A stretch of DNA of 64,000 nucleotides from Macrostomum lignano (taxonomy: Eukaryota), in NCBI GenBank assembly GCA_002269645.1, contig NIVC01002016.1, forward strand, positions 66,729 through 130,728. The letters run 5' to 3'. The notes beneath the pieces are model-generated. The model did not search any database, was not told the origin of the DNA, and was given only the letters and a program-made list of their open reading frames with translations. Positions 1 through 14,478 of this stretch are shown here, one piece after another. A program made the position numbers and the translations under genes. How positions within the stretch are numbered: position 1 is the first letter of the stretch; each line of letters begins with the position of its first letter.

Positions 1-554
1 GATCCCATTCGTCTAGACCGGAGAGCCGTATCTCAGGATCAAATCCTTCAAACGGGTTCACTCCGATTGGTTAAGGAAAAAGTTGAGATAATGCGTGGGA
101 TATCTGTGCCCAGAATTTAGCTACCTCACCTGGGCCATGCCATAAAGGAATTGGCGAGTTTCTCACAGGCCCGCCAGATTCCCAGCCGTTGTGAGACGAA
201 AGATCTTGCAAACAACTACAGGTGCGCTTCATCAAGCCCGCGGTAAGCTGCGCAGAACAATTTCTAAATAGCTTGGTTAAAAAGAAATTCTGAATAGAAA
301 GTGCAACATTTTTCTTTAGTATTTGTAAATGTCTTTCAAGAAAACTGTCACATCCAACCTACGCTCGTATTATTTACATGTAGTGTTCACTCACTGTGAA
401 TTTCTGTCTATGCTTCACCCAGAGTTAAAGGTGGCTGGAAATAACAATAGAAGAATAAAATCTAATAAGACATCTTCTGCATTCTGCAAAGCGTTCCCAC
501 CATAAAATCCTCTCTCTGATACCTCGAATTTCCTTTCTCCTTCCTTCCTTCTCT

Positions 555-1256
555 GACCCCCTCTCCGATCCCTCACCGATCCCTCACCGATCCCCTCCGA
601 TCCCTCTCCGATCCTCTCTCCGATCCCCTCTCCGATCCCCTCTCCGATCCCTCTCCGATCCCCTCTCCGATCCCCCCTTCAAACCCTCTCCGATCCTCTT
701 CAAACCCTCTCCGATCCCCTCTCCGATCCCCTCTTCAAACCCTCTCCGATCCCCTCACCGATCCCCTCTCCGATCCCCTCTCCGATCCCCTCTCCGATCC
801 CCTCTCCGATCCCCTCTCCGATCCCCTCTCCGATCCCCTCTTCAAACCCTCTCCGATCCCTCTTCAAACCCTCTCCGATCCCCTCTTCAAACCCTCTCCG
901 ATCCCCTCTCCGATCCTCTCTCCAATCCCCTCTCCGATCCCCTCTCCGATCCCCTCTCCGATCCCCTCTCCGATCCCCTCTCCGATCCCTCTTCAAACCC
1001 TCTCCGATCCCCTCTCCGATCCCCTCTTCAAACCCTCTCCGATCCCCTCTCCGATCCTCTCTCCAATCCCTCTTCAAACCCTCTCCGATCCCCTCTCCGA
1101 TCCCCTCTCCGATCCCCTCCGATCCCCTCTCCGATCCTCTCTCCGATCCCCTCTCCGATCCTCTCTCCGATCCCCTCTCCGATCCCCTCTTCAAACCCTC
1201 TCCGATCCCCTCTCCGATCCCCTCTCCGATCCCCTCTTCAAACCCTCTATCTCCGA
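555..1256. repeat. 12-bp minisatellite (CCGATCCCCTCT) with CTTCAAA variant units
   Basis: Direct tandem repetition; explains the GIGE/DRRG ORF at 700-1320. Confidence 0.95.
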
Positions 1257-1995
1257 TGACTGACTGCGTGGCTGAACAGACTGTGTGAGTGAATGCCTCA
1301 CTAATAGAGCGAGAAAGCAAATTTAATCTGAAAATGTCAAGAAAGTATCAGATAAATTTGTAAAATTGCAGATGGTGAAGCAACGGCTCAGGACTGACTG
1401 GCTAAATGGGGCGTGGGCTCACAGTCAATTCGAACTTGAAAAGTGCAACAAAACTAGCTGGTTGTTAAGGAAGCAAGTGCTGATTTCAAAGAATACGAAC
1501 GAGTCTGCAGACTGGCAGTGCAGCTTCATTCATGCGAAAAAATGCTTTCTACGTAGCTAGGAATTCAGAATGTCATAAATCTGCCGGACACCTTTAAGCT
1601 TCACGAGCACGTAGGCGGAAACAGTGAGTTTAGTAGGTAGGCCTGAGAATAGCAGTCGCTGCAGTACGAGTTCCCGTAATGCTGACGTGAATTTCTGAGA
1701 ACATTAATGAGAAAATGAATGCTCAGTAAGAGTACAACGGTGTGCTAGTGAGCTGGATCCATATTACATTGATATTCGATTGAATGGGATAGGCGTAGCA
1801 GTGTTGGAATGGAAGCCGGCTCAGCTCATCATCATGATTCTCAATGACTTGTCCTCATTATTAGTTTCTGGGCAGGCCAATTTTCGATTGGGTCACGAGA
1901 AGCAGCATCGAGATGCCTACTCTGCCTGCTGGGCTTCTGGCCTGCGCTGAGAAGAGCTCCTCATATTTCTCCTCCTCCACGTGATGGGCTGAGTT

Positions 1996-2747
<752 letters not shown>

Positions 2748-2852
2748 CGAGCTGTTCCGCCCCCCCCCGGGCTGGTCTTTAGGCTTCTGCAATGTCACCA
2801 AGTCAAATCCAATTTCCCTTTCAGGCGGCAGCAGTCCAATAAACCAGTCGCA

Positions 2853-4150
2853 ATGTTGGGCAGCTGCAACAACAGCGCCATCAGCGCAATCAGCGCCCAG
2901 TACGATCGAGTGAGCACGCCGCTGCTGAGCGGCATCTCAGCCCTGTCTCTGCTGCTCAACGCCTGCAACATCGCCATATTCAGCAAGCGCAAAATGGTCT
3001 CGCCAACCAACTCAATTCTGCTGGCCATTGCCGTCAGCGATATCTGCAAAGTGTCCATGTTCCTGCTCATCACGGCGGCCCCTCCGCCCGTGACATCCTA
3101 CGGCAGGCAGGTGATCTACCTGTTCTGCAACGTGGCCATGTTCCTCATGCACGCCTTCGCCCTGTGGTGCGGCGTCCTGCTGGCTCTGTTCCGCTTCTTC
3201 TACCTGCGCTACTACGCCTCGCCAGCACCAAGGTGTGGTTCAGCCTGGCCCGCGCCCGCCTGGCCGTCTGCCTGGCCTTCCTGGCCAACATCGGCGCCGT
3301 GGCGCCCTACGCCAGCGTCCTGCGCGTCATCGAGCGCCGGACAGCCGACGCACAATTTTTGGCGGCAGGTGGCAGCGGCAACGCCACGCAGCAGCAGCAG
3401 CCGGTAACGGCGGCGGAGGCGGCTGCTCCGATAGCGGCGGCAGTTCACTACGAACCGGCCATGCTGGATGAGTACGAGTTCAAGGTGCGAATGTTCAGCA
3501 GCATAGCACAGAAGCTGGTGCCTTGCCTCATCATGACGGCCTTCTGCCTGTGCATCATTCGCAGCCTGCGCCAGACGGAGAAACGACGCGAGTCCCTAGC
3601 GAATCCGAATCGAAACAGCGGCCAGAAATCGGCGAGCGGGAGCTGCGGCGGCGGCGGCGGCGGCGGCGGCGACAGCGGCAGTCGCAGGAAGGAGCGACGC
3701 TCGCGCGATCACCACCGAACAACCAGCTTCCTGTTGATCATCATGCTGCTGTACAGCCTCTACGAGATCCCCATGGGCCTGCTGCTGATCCTGTCTGACC
3801 CGGCTCTGGAGCTCAGCGCCGTGATCTGCTTCTACAAAGCCTTTCACGGCATCCTCAACACGCTTGGCCTGGTGAATAACACGGTCAACTTTGTCCTCTA
3901 CTGCTTCATGAGCAAGCAGTTCAGGGACACCTTCAAGGAGGTATTCGGCCTCGACAAGCTGGCTGAGAAAGTGAGACAGGCAACCACCCGACGGCCGGAT
4001 GCGGCTCTGGTGGCAACTGGAGAGGCAGCTCGAGGCGACGCGGCGCCGGCTGCGGCGGCTGTTGCAGAGACCCACGAAGCGATGAGTTTGTACAGCTGCG
4101 GAGATTGCGGTCACAACGACATCCATGACGAAATTGAAGATGACGCTTGA
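2853..4150 (+). CDS. Rhodopsin-class GPCR, Srw/FMRFamide-myosuppressin-receptor-like, single coding exon, 1-nt frameshift near 3216
   Basis: TM1-3 in ORF 2853 ([34 protein letters not shown]) continue in the 3164 frame ([52 protein letters not shown]). Acceptor-like TTCCCTTTCAG ends at 2824, upstream of the ATG. Confidence 0.85.
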
Positions 4151-4321
4151 CTGCCGGACTTCGAGCAAACAGAACAATATGACGGAGTAATAACTGGCTT
4201 ATAGTAAAAAAACTCTATATTTGAAATCAACTAAATATATTAACATTGCCGTTTAACATTGCGTTTGGTCACAAAAGCACTTTCAAGGCATGCCTGCATA
4301 ATTTAGTCATTGTGCAGATTT

Positions 4322-4686
4322 TGTCTATGGCTTCTCAGTTCCTTCAGAGTCACTTGTCAGTGGCTTCTCAGTTCCTTCAGAGTCACTTGTCAGTGGCTTA
4401 CCAGTCCCTCTAGAGTCACTTGTCAGTGGCTTCTCAGTCCCTTCAGAGTCACTTGTCAGTGGCTTCTCAGTCCCTTCAGAGTCACTTGTCAGTGGCTTCT
4501 CAGTCCCTTTAAAGTCTCTTGTCAGTGGCTTACCAGTCCCTCTAGAGTCACTTGTCAATGGCTTCTCAGTCCCTTCAGAGTCACTTGTCAGTGGCTTCTC
4601 AGTCCCTCTAGAGTCACTTGTCAGTGGCTTCTCAGTCCCTTCAGAGTCACTTGTCAGTGGCTTCTCAGTCCCTCTAGAGTCACTTG
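4322..4686. repeat. 33-bp minisatellite (CAGTGGCTTCTCAGTCCCTTCAGAGTCACTTGT)
   Basis: About 11 tandem units just downstream of the GPCR stop. Confidence 0.95.
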
Positions 4687-5679
4687 AAACGACGGGAAAA
4701 ACGAATGTTTTATCCGCCTAGCAGCTCTAGACAATGCAACTGCGATAGCCAAGGACATCCCTCGTTCGATTCGTTGTCCTTGAAAGCCACTTTATCCATT
4801 TTGCATTCATTCGCTTCAATTCTCTGATGCGCATCTGGAGCTGTCAACTTTGCAAGCAAAACTGCGCACTACACATGTCTAGGAGAAGACAAGCCAGACA
4901 GACAGACAGCCATGCTGAGATCTTCATAATCCCAGTTGCCGCAATTTGGCGCGGATCATGCAAGTGTGAAGGAGATCAGCTGGACCCCAGGGGGATCAGA
5001 CTGCTCCGCATCACTGATCCAGCAATTTAGGTGGTGAACTCGTGCTCAAATGTCTCCTGCATTCCTTACACGGCATGGAGACGGCAGCTGGGCTTAAAAG
5101 TGCAATTAGTTCCAAAAGCAAAAGCTATTTTTTTCTGTTTAAGTACTCGTAATTTAGAAAATTGCCAGATTAAATTTGCACTTAACAGTGAAGGCTTTGG
5201 CCTCGGCTCGCGAATGCAAACGAGTGCTTCGAGGGAAATGAAAACTCATACTTGCAAAGTTAGGGATAAAGCGTTGAAAAGTCTAAGTCTGAAGTCTCTT
5301 ACGCACAGCCAGTAGCGAGTTGCCCGCCACCCACCCACCCTCTCTGAGACCCGGTGATTAGGGAAAGTGAAGGGAAATAAGATTAGTCTAATGCTGGAGA
5401 CCAAGGCAACAGTGGAATGGCAGAAGTGGGAGAGGAAGCGGAAGAGAAATGGGATAAAAAAGCACGACCGGTCTCCCATTTCTCTCGGGCGCCCCAGTGC
5501 ACAGGTCAATTATTTACTGTCTGCGAATTGCCAAGCCTAAACTGAATCAGTAAAACAAAAAAGTAGTAGCGAAATGGCCGACTCTGGGGAGCAAATCCTG
5601 CAAATTCCCTGCAAATGTTGAGAATTCAAAATGAAAAAACATGTGGAGAAAAAAATGAACTCACATCAAAAAGGAACAT

Positions 5680-5885
5680 TGTCTATGGCCCAACCTTAAT
5701 CCTTAGCGAGAGCATCAAGCTATTATAGACTTGCTGTTCACTGTCTATGGCCCAACCTTAATCCTTAGAGAGAGCATCAAGCTATGCAATATTATAGACT
5801 TGCTGCTCATTGTCTATGGCCCAAACTTAATCCTAAGCGAGAGCATCAAGCTATTAAAGACTCGCTGTTTATTGTCTATGGCCCA
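5680..5885. repeat. Degenerate tandem repeat of about 65 bp (TGTCTATGGCCCAACCTTAATCCTTAG-GAGAGCATCAAGCTAT...)
   Basis: Three full copies plus a partial copy. Confidence 0.8.
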
Positions 5886-6275
5886 AAGGTTGGTCTGTGA
5901 ATTGACTTGGAAAGTGCCATAACAGAGAGCGGCAACATTCAAAATACATTTGTATTTTCTCACAAGATTTCACGAATATTTGAATTTTTCTCACCAGAAT
6001 CAAACAGATTCGATGCAAGCAGTGGCGCAGTAGAGTCGGTTGCGCCAACTGAAATTCGATTGGCTTCACAAAATTCCACGCTTAAGTAAACATTTTCATA
6101 TTTGGATTCGATCTAAAGTGGGTGCTGTTCTATTTTACTTCGTTTGGGGCAGAAATCTGAAAAAGAAGACTGCAGCTGCACTGAAAAAGCACCAGCCACC
6201 TCTTAGACTCCTGGGGTACTTTAAGCTTGTATGGTTTCCTGACTTAAGGACGTGCTCTCAGTAAGAATTTAGCTT

Positions 6276-7266
<991 letters not shown>

Positions 7267-7835
7267 TTCCAATTCCAATTCCAATTAGCTATTCCATAGC
7301 TACACAGATTATCAAAGCCTGAGATTGCAGGCCGCAGGTTGAAGCCGTTAATTGCCCTCCTACGCACCGGGTATTCCGTGTTCATTAGTGTTCTTAAAGC
7401 AGAAATATTCACAAATATAGGCAGGTACAGAGGACAAAATGCAACAGGTTAGGGGAGATGAGGCATGAGCGCACAGAAAGAGAATGTCGTTTTGTTTGTG
7501 CGCTTTGAGGACTTTGGCGGGGTTGCTCAGCCAAGCGGCGCCAAGCGGCGGAGTAGATGAAGAACACACAAGAAGCGGAGGAAGCCCCAGGTTAAAATCC
7601 CACCAAGCCGGTAGGGAAGAAAGCACCTTAGCAGCCCTGCAGCAACAGACTCCACATAGGGAACATGCTATCATCCCGGATGGAGACACAATAAAACAGC
7701 ACTTTGTCCGTTGCCTTTGAGCCGAGTTTTTGCTGCCAAGGTAATGGGAAGTTTCTTTCCAATTGGATCTTGCTTCTTAACGCTTTGAATTAGGATTTTG
7801 TTTAGAAATATTACACTGCAGGGGCTTCGGTGGGA

Positions 7836-8586
7836 GGAGGGAAGGAAGGAAGGAAGGAAGGAAGGAAGGAAGGAAGGAAGGAAGGAAGGAAAGAAGGAAG
7901 GAAGGAAGGAAGGGAGGAAGGAAGGAAGGAAGGAAGGAAGGAAGGAAGGAAGGGAGGAAGGAAGGAAGGAAGGAAGGAAGGAAGAAGGAAGAAGGAAGGA
8001 AGGAAGGAAGGAAGGAAGGAAGGATGAAGGAAGGAAGGAAGGAAGGAAGGAAGGAAGGAAGGAAGGAAGGAAGGAAGGAAGGAAGGAAGGAAGGGAGGAA
8101 GGAAGGAAGGAAGAAAGGAAGGAAGAGGGAATGAGGGAGGAAGGAAGGAAGGAAGGAAGGAAGGAAGGAAGGAAGGAAGGAAGGAAGGAAGGAAGGAAGG
8201 AAGGAAGGAAGGAAGGATGAAGGAAGGAAGGAAGGAAGGAAGGAAGGAAGGAAGGAAGGAAGGAAGGAAGGAAGGAAGGAAGGAAGGAAGGAAGGAAGGA
8301 AGGAAGGAAGGAAGGAAGGAAGGAAGGAAGGAAGGAAGGAAGGATGAAGGAAGGAAGGAAGGAAGGAAGGAAGGAAGGAAGGAAGGAAGGAAGGAAGGAA
8401 GGAAGGAAGGATGAAGGAAGGAAGGAAGGAAGGAAGGAAGGAAGGAAGGAAGGAAGGAAGGAAGGAAGGAAGGAAGGAAGGAAGGATGAAGGAAGGAAGG
8501 AAGGAAGGAAGGAAGGAAGGAAGGAAGGAAGGAAGGAAGGAAGGAAGGAAGGAAGGAAGGAAGGAAGGAAGGAAGGAAGGAAGGAA
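7836..8586. repeat. (GGAA)n microsatellite, about 750 bp
   Basis: Direct; source of the EGRK/PSFL ORFs. Confidence 0.98.
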
Positions 8587-8889
8587 TCAGGCACGCAGCT
8601 AAAGTTGGGTCCCTGAGACAATCCTGAGGCAAGAAGACGTGCTACTGAAGTATCAACGCAGATTGTAAGAGAGCCTGCATCCATTATCAGAAACGAAAAT
8701 GTCACTAGCAAGGCCTCCAAAGGTCAAATGGAATATCCAATACCTCTTAGCTTCTTTGGAAAAAAAATTGTCTTTGCATCCCGTCGCGTCACGTGCTGAA
8801 ACGAAGTTTGCTTGCATAGAGAAGTGTTTTTATACTCATTAGCATTGCTAGTTAAGATTTTACAATTAAATTATCTAAATTTACATTTG

Positions 8890-11800
8890 TGACCATTCTA
8901 GTGACACTGTGACCATTCTAGTGTTTCTAGTAACACTATGACCATTCTAGTGACACTGTGACCATTCTAGTGTTTCTAGTGACACTATGACCATTCTAGT
9001 GACACTGTGACCATTCTAGTGACACTGTAACCATTCTAGTGACACTGTGATCATTTTAGTGACACTGTGACCATTCTAGTGACACTGTGACCATTCTAGT
9101 GACACTGTGACTATTCTAGTGACACTGTGACCATTCTAGTGACACTGTGACCATTCTAGTGACACTGTGACTATTCTAGTGACACTGTGACCATTCTAGT
9201 GACACTGTGACCATTCTAGTGACACTGTGACCATTCTAGTGACACTGTGACCATTCTAGTGACACTGTGACCATTCTAGTGACACTGTGACTATTCTAGT
9301 GACACTGTGACCATTCTAGTGACACTGTGATCATTTTAGTGGCACTGTGACCATTCTAGTGACACTGTGACCATTCTAGTGACACTGTGACCATTCTAGT
9401 GACACTTTGACCATTCTAGTGACACTGTGACCATTCTAGTGACACTGTGACCATTCTAGTGACACTGTGACCATTCTAGTGACACTGTGACCATTCTAGT
9501 GACACTGTGACCATTCTAGTGACACTGTTCCATTGTGACCATTCTAGTGACACTGTGATCATTTTAGTGACACTGTGACCATTCTAGTGACACTGTAACC
9601 ATTCTAGTGACACTGTGACCATTCTAGTGACACTTTGACCATTCTAGTGACACTGTGACCATTCTAGTGACACTGTGACCATTCTAGTGACACTGTGACC
9701 ATTCTAGTGACACTGTGACCATTCTAGTGACACTGTGACCATTCTAGTGACACTGTGACTATTCTAGTGACACTGTGACCATTCTAGTGACACTGTGACC
9801 ATTCTAGTGACACTGTGACTATTCTAGTGACACTTTGACCATTCTAGTGACACTGTGACCATTCTAGTGACACTGTGACTATTCTAGTGACACTGTGACC
9901 ATTCTAGTGACACTGTGACCATTCTAGTGACACTGTGACTATTCTAGTGACACTGTGACCATTCTAGTGACACTGTGATCATTTTAGTGGCACTGTGACC
10001 ATTCTAGTGACACTGTGACCATTCTAGTGACACTGTGACCATTCTAGTGACACTGTGACCATTCTAGTGACACTGTAACCATTCTAGTGACACTGTGACC
10101 ATTCTAGTGACACTGTGACCATTCTAGTGACACTGTAACCATTCTAGTGACACTGTGATCATTTTAGTGGCACTGTGACCATTCTAGTGACACTGTGACC
10201 ATTCTAGTGACACTGTGACCATTCTAGTGACACTGTAACCATTCTAGGGACACTGTGACCATTCTAGTGACACTGTAACCATTCTAGGGACACTGTGACC
10301 ATTCTAGTGACACTGTGACCATTCTAGTGACACTGTTCCATTGTGACCATTCTAGTGACACTGTGACCATTCTAGTGACACTGTGACTATTCTAGTGACA
10401 CTTTGACCATTCTAGTGACACTGTGACCATTCTAGTGACACTGTGACCATTCTAGTGACACTGTGACCATTCTAGTGACACTGTGACCATTCTAGTGACA
10501 CTGTGACTATTCTAGTGACACTGTGACCATTCTAGTGACACTGTGATCATTTTAGTGGCACTGTGACCATTCTAGTGACACTGTGACCATTCTAGTGACA
10601 CTGTGACCATTCTAGTGACACTGTGACCATTCTAGTGACACTGTAACCATTCTAGTGACACTGTGACCATTCTAGTGACACTGTGACCATTCTAGTGACA
10701 CTGTAACCATTCTAGTGACACTGTGATCATTTTAGTGGCACTGTGACCATTCTAGTGACACTGTGACCATTCTAGTGACACTGTGACCATTCTAGTGACA
10801 CTGTGACCATTCTAGTGACACTGTAACCATTCTAGGGACACTGTGACCATTCTAGTGACACTGTAACCATTCTAGGGACACTGTGACCATTCTAGTGACA
10901 CTGTGACGATTCTAGTGACACTGTTCCATTGTGACCATTCTAGTGACACTGTGACCATTCTAGTGACACTGTAACCATTCTAGTGACACTGTGACCATTC
11001 TAGTGTTTCTAGTGACACTATGACCATTCTAGTGACACTGTGACCATTCTAGTGACACTGTAACCATTCTAGTGACACTGTGACCATTCTAGTGTTTCTA
11101 GTGACACTATGACCATTCTAGTGACACTGTGACCATTCTAGTGACACTGTAACCATTCTAGTGGCACTGTGACCATTCTAGTGACACTTTGACCATTCTA
11201 GTGACACTGTGACCATTCTAGTGACACTGTGACCATTCTAGTGACACTGTGACCATTCTAGTGACACTGTGACCATTCTAGTGACACTGTGACTATTCTA
11301 GTGACACTGTGACCATTCTAGTGACACTGTGATCATTTTAGTGGCACTGTGACCATTCTAGTGACACTGTGACAATTCTAGTGACACTGTGACCATTCTA
11401 GTGACACTGTGACCATTCTAGTGACACTGTAACCATTCTAGTGACACTGTGACCATTCTAGTGACACTGTGACCATTCTAGTGACACTGTGATCATTTTA
11501 GTGGCACTGTGACCATTCTAGTGACACTGTGACCATTCTAGTGACACTGTGACCATTCTAGTGACACTAACCATTCTAGGGACACTGTGACCATTCTAGT
11601 GACACTGTAACCATTCTAGGGACACTGTGACCATTCTAGTGACACTGTGACCATTCTAGTGACACTGTTCCATTGTGACCATTCTAGTGACACTGTGACC
11701 ATTCTAGTGACACTGTAACCATTCTAGTGACACTGTGACCATTCTAGTGACACTGTAACCATTCTAGTGACACTGTGACCATTCTAGTGACACTTTAACC

Positions 11801-12285
11801 ATTCTAGTGACACTGTGACCATTCTAGTGACACTGTAACTATTCTGGTGACACTGTGACCATTCTAGTGACACTGTAACCATTTTAGTGGCACTGTCGAT
11901 ATTATACACTGTGACCATTCTAGTGACACTGTGACCATTCTAGTGACACTGTGACCATTCTAGTTACACTGTGACCATTCTAGTGACACTGTAACCATTC
12001 TAGTGACACTGTAACCATTCTAGTCACACTGTAACCATTCTAGTGACACTGTGACCATTCTAGTGACACTGTAACCATTCTAGTGACACTGTGACCATTC
12101 TAGTGACACTGTGACCATTCTAGTGACACTGTAACCATTATAGTGACACTGTGACCATTCTAGTGACACTGTAACCATTCTAGTGACACTGTGACCATTC
12201 TAGTGACACTGTGACCATTCTAGTGACACTGTGACCATTCTAGTGACACTGTAACCATTCTAGTGGCACTGTCGATATTATAGTG
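8890..12285. repeat. 20-bp minisatellite (CCATTCTAGTGACACTGTGA), about 3.4 kb
   Basis: Roughly 170 units; recurrent variants (TTCCATTG insertion, GATCATTTTAGTGGC) point to higher-order block duplication. Confidence 0.98.
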
Positions 12286-12803
12286 CCACTGACAGTTAGC
12301 ACACTTCAAAGTTAGTAGGCAATAACACCCAGTAAAAAGAAAGAAAAGCCCTCAAAAGTACAGTTGCATATAATTTCTATTTTCTGCAACATTTCAAAAG
12401 TACATTAATTAGTTTAAAAGCTTGCAAGACTTGTATGTTGCTATAATCTTGTTCATTCACTAGCTACAAAGAAACTTTTATATAAATTACGATTCCAAAA
12501 ATATTTAACTTATTACTTACGCCAGTGCAAAACTGCAATGCTGGGTGACTCCAATTAAATTTGGTCGTATTATTCCAGTTAGTAGTAGGACCACCTGCAC
12601 CGGCTGATGTCCATATGTACATGAACTAATGCTAGTCTTACATTGAAGAGCTCTAGTGTTTAAGCAGTGTCTATGTAAAAAACCAAAGCAAAAAACTACT
12701 TAATTGGCGAGCAAATCCATTGCTTCCTTCATCTATTGAGTAGGTGAAACAAAGCTACGAGAAGAACTCTGTTTTAAAGCACGTCATACAGCTATCAATT
12801 AGG

Positions 12804-13442
12804 ATGCAGTCATCGCACTTCTGCCGAGGTGATCAGAAGCAGCAGCAACAGCAGCAGCCGCCGCATAAAAACTCCGGCGCCGGCTGCGCTCTCGACGAAG
12901 CGGCGGCGTCTGGCTCGGTGCGCAACTGCTGCTCCTGCCAGCCTGCGGTGCCTCAGCACCGGCAGCCGGTCCCTGCCGCCTGCTCTTCCTGGACTTCAGC
13001 AGCTCCGCCAACCGGTCAGCGAGCGGCCGGCAGCCGCTGGCGCCCCGCAATCGCAGAGAACATCGGCGGCAACAATGGCGGCTTTGCTCAGCCCCGACTC
13101 GGCCGAGTCCTATTCTCGGCTCCCACCGGCGCCACCACCGGCGCCGCCCCTGCAGCATCCTCGGCGTGCAGGCCCGGCCAGCAGTGCGACTGCAGCCAGG
13201 CGCCGGTGTGCGCGCCGCTGCCGACAGACCCGAGCGTGGCTGGCCGGGCCGGCGTGGCCCAGCAGGCGCTGCTCGGTCTGTACGGCCCCCCTGAGCACAT
13301 GCGGCACCACTCAGGCCTGGTGGCGCTGCACCCGACTGAGAAGAAGTTCGGCTACATTGTGCCGCTGTGCGTCTGCAGCTGCGGCCAGTTTGTGCAGGGC
13401 CGCAACGGGGTGCTGCTGAAGTGCCGAGCGATGCTGGGCTGA
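12804..13442 (+). CDS. Hypothetical protein, low-complexity N-terminus and Cys-rich C-terminus
   Basis: GC3-rich codons and poly-Q like the other exons here; AG (TCAATTAG) just before the ATG at 12804; no family recognised. Confidence 0.6.
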   Translation: MQSSHFCRGDQKQQQQQQPPHKNSGAGCALDEAAASGSVRNCCSCQPAVPQHRQPVPAACSSWTSAAPPTGQRAAGSRWRPAIAENIGGNNGGFAQPRLGRVLFSAPTGATTGAAPAASSACRPGQQCDCSQAPVCAPLPTDPSVAGRAGVAQQALLGLYGPPEHMRHHSGLVALHPTEKKFGYIVPLCVCSCGQFVQGRNGVLLKCRAMLG

Positions 13443-14188
13443 CCGACCGGCAACTCGCTTCTGTCCGTGTGCTTTCGTTTCCGCTTACTAAAGTAGTATA
13501 GCTAGTCTATTTTTGAGAGAACTACTACTAGTAGTCTATACAAGTATTCGAGCCGTTTTATTTCAACTAATAGGTAAAAAGTAAATTGGAAGGAATTTAC
13601 GACCAAGCGGTTGTTTACGGCCATCAATACTCTCACTTAAGCCTTTTTCGGCCATTTCTAACCCAAGGCTCTGAGAACTTTACTTGCGATGTGCAGTGTT
13701 TAGTCCTTGACTTTAGATCGTTTTTCACTCAAAAGGAAGGAAAGACGGAAAGATTGGAGGAAGGAAGGAAGGAGGGAAGGAGGAGGGAATGAGGAAAGGG
13801 AGGAAGGAAGGAAGGAAGGAAGGAGGGAAGGAAGGAGGGATGGGAGGAAGGAAGGGAGCTAATGTTGGGCCTCTGAGTCAAGATTGAGAGCGCCGGGACA
13901 AGAATAAGAGCTACTTGCTACTAATAAAGCAGCTAAAGAGAACTTGTATCCGTAGTTACGTGCCGATACTAACTTGAAATTTAAAGTTAACTGACACTAA
14001 AACGCGTCGACCGTCTCTGCAACCAGAGTTTGAAATCGAAACCTTTTTTCGGCTCAACTTCGAGGCGAGCGCAAGTCCCGAAATAAGGAAGGACAGTAAT
14101 AGTACAAAACGCGTTGTTGAAATGATGCACGAATATAGCTTTGCTACTAAATTTCGCTTATTTGTCCAAGATGTTCAACGGTTCAACG

Positions 14189-14239
14189 ATGTCTGTCTGT
14201 GTGTCTGTCTGTGTTTCTGTCTGTCTGTGTGTCTGTCTG

Positions 14240-14278
<39 letters not shown>

Positions 14279-14289
14279 GTGTCTGTCTG

Positions 14290-14320
<31 letters not shown>

Positions 14321-14438
14321 GTGTCTGTCTGTCTGTGTGTCTGTCTGTCTGTGTCTGTCTGTATGTGTGTGCCTGTCTGTCTGTCTGTCTGTCTGTGTCT
14401 GTCTGTCTGTATGTGTCTGTCTGTCTGTCTGTCTGTCA
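14189..14438. repeat. (TGTC)n/(TG)n microsatellite followed by a terminal hairpin
   Basis: Direct; hairpin TTCTGACAA-CTAA-TTGTCAGAA at 14457-14478. Confidence 0.9.
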
Positions 14439-14478
14439 GATAATTACTTAACTTAATTCTGACAACTAATTGTCAGAA

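Noticed and set aside
8890-12285. CRISPR-like array interpretation of the regular repeats
   Set aside because: Units are contiguous with no unique spacers, the context is eukaryotic and there are no cas genes.
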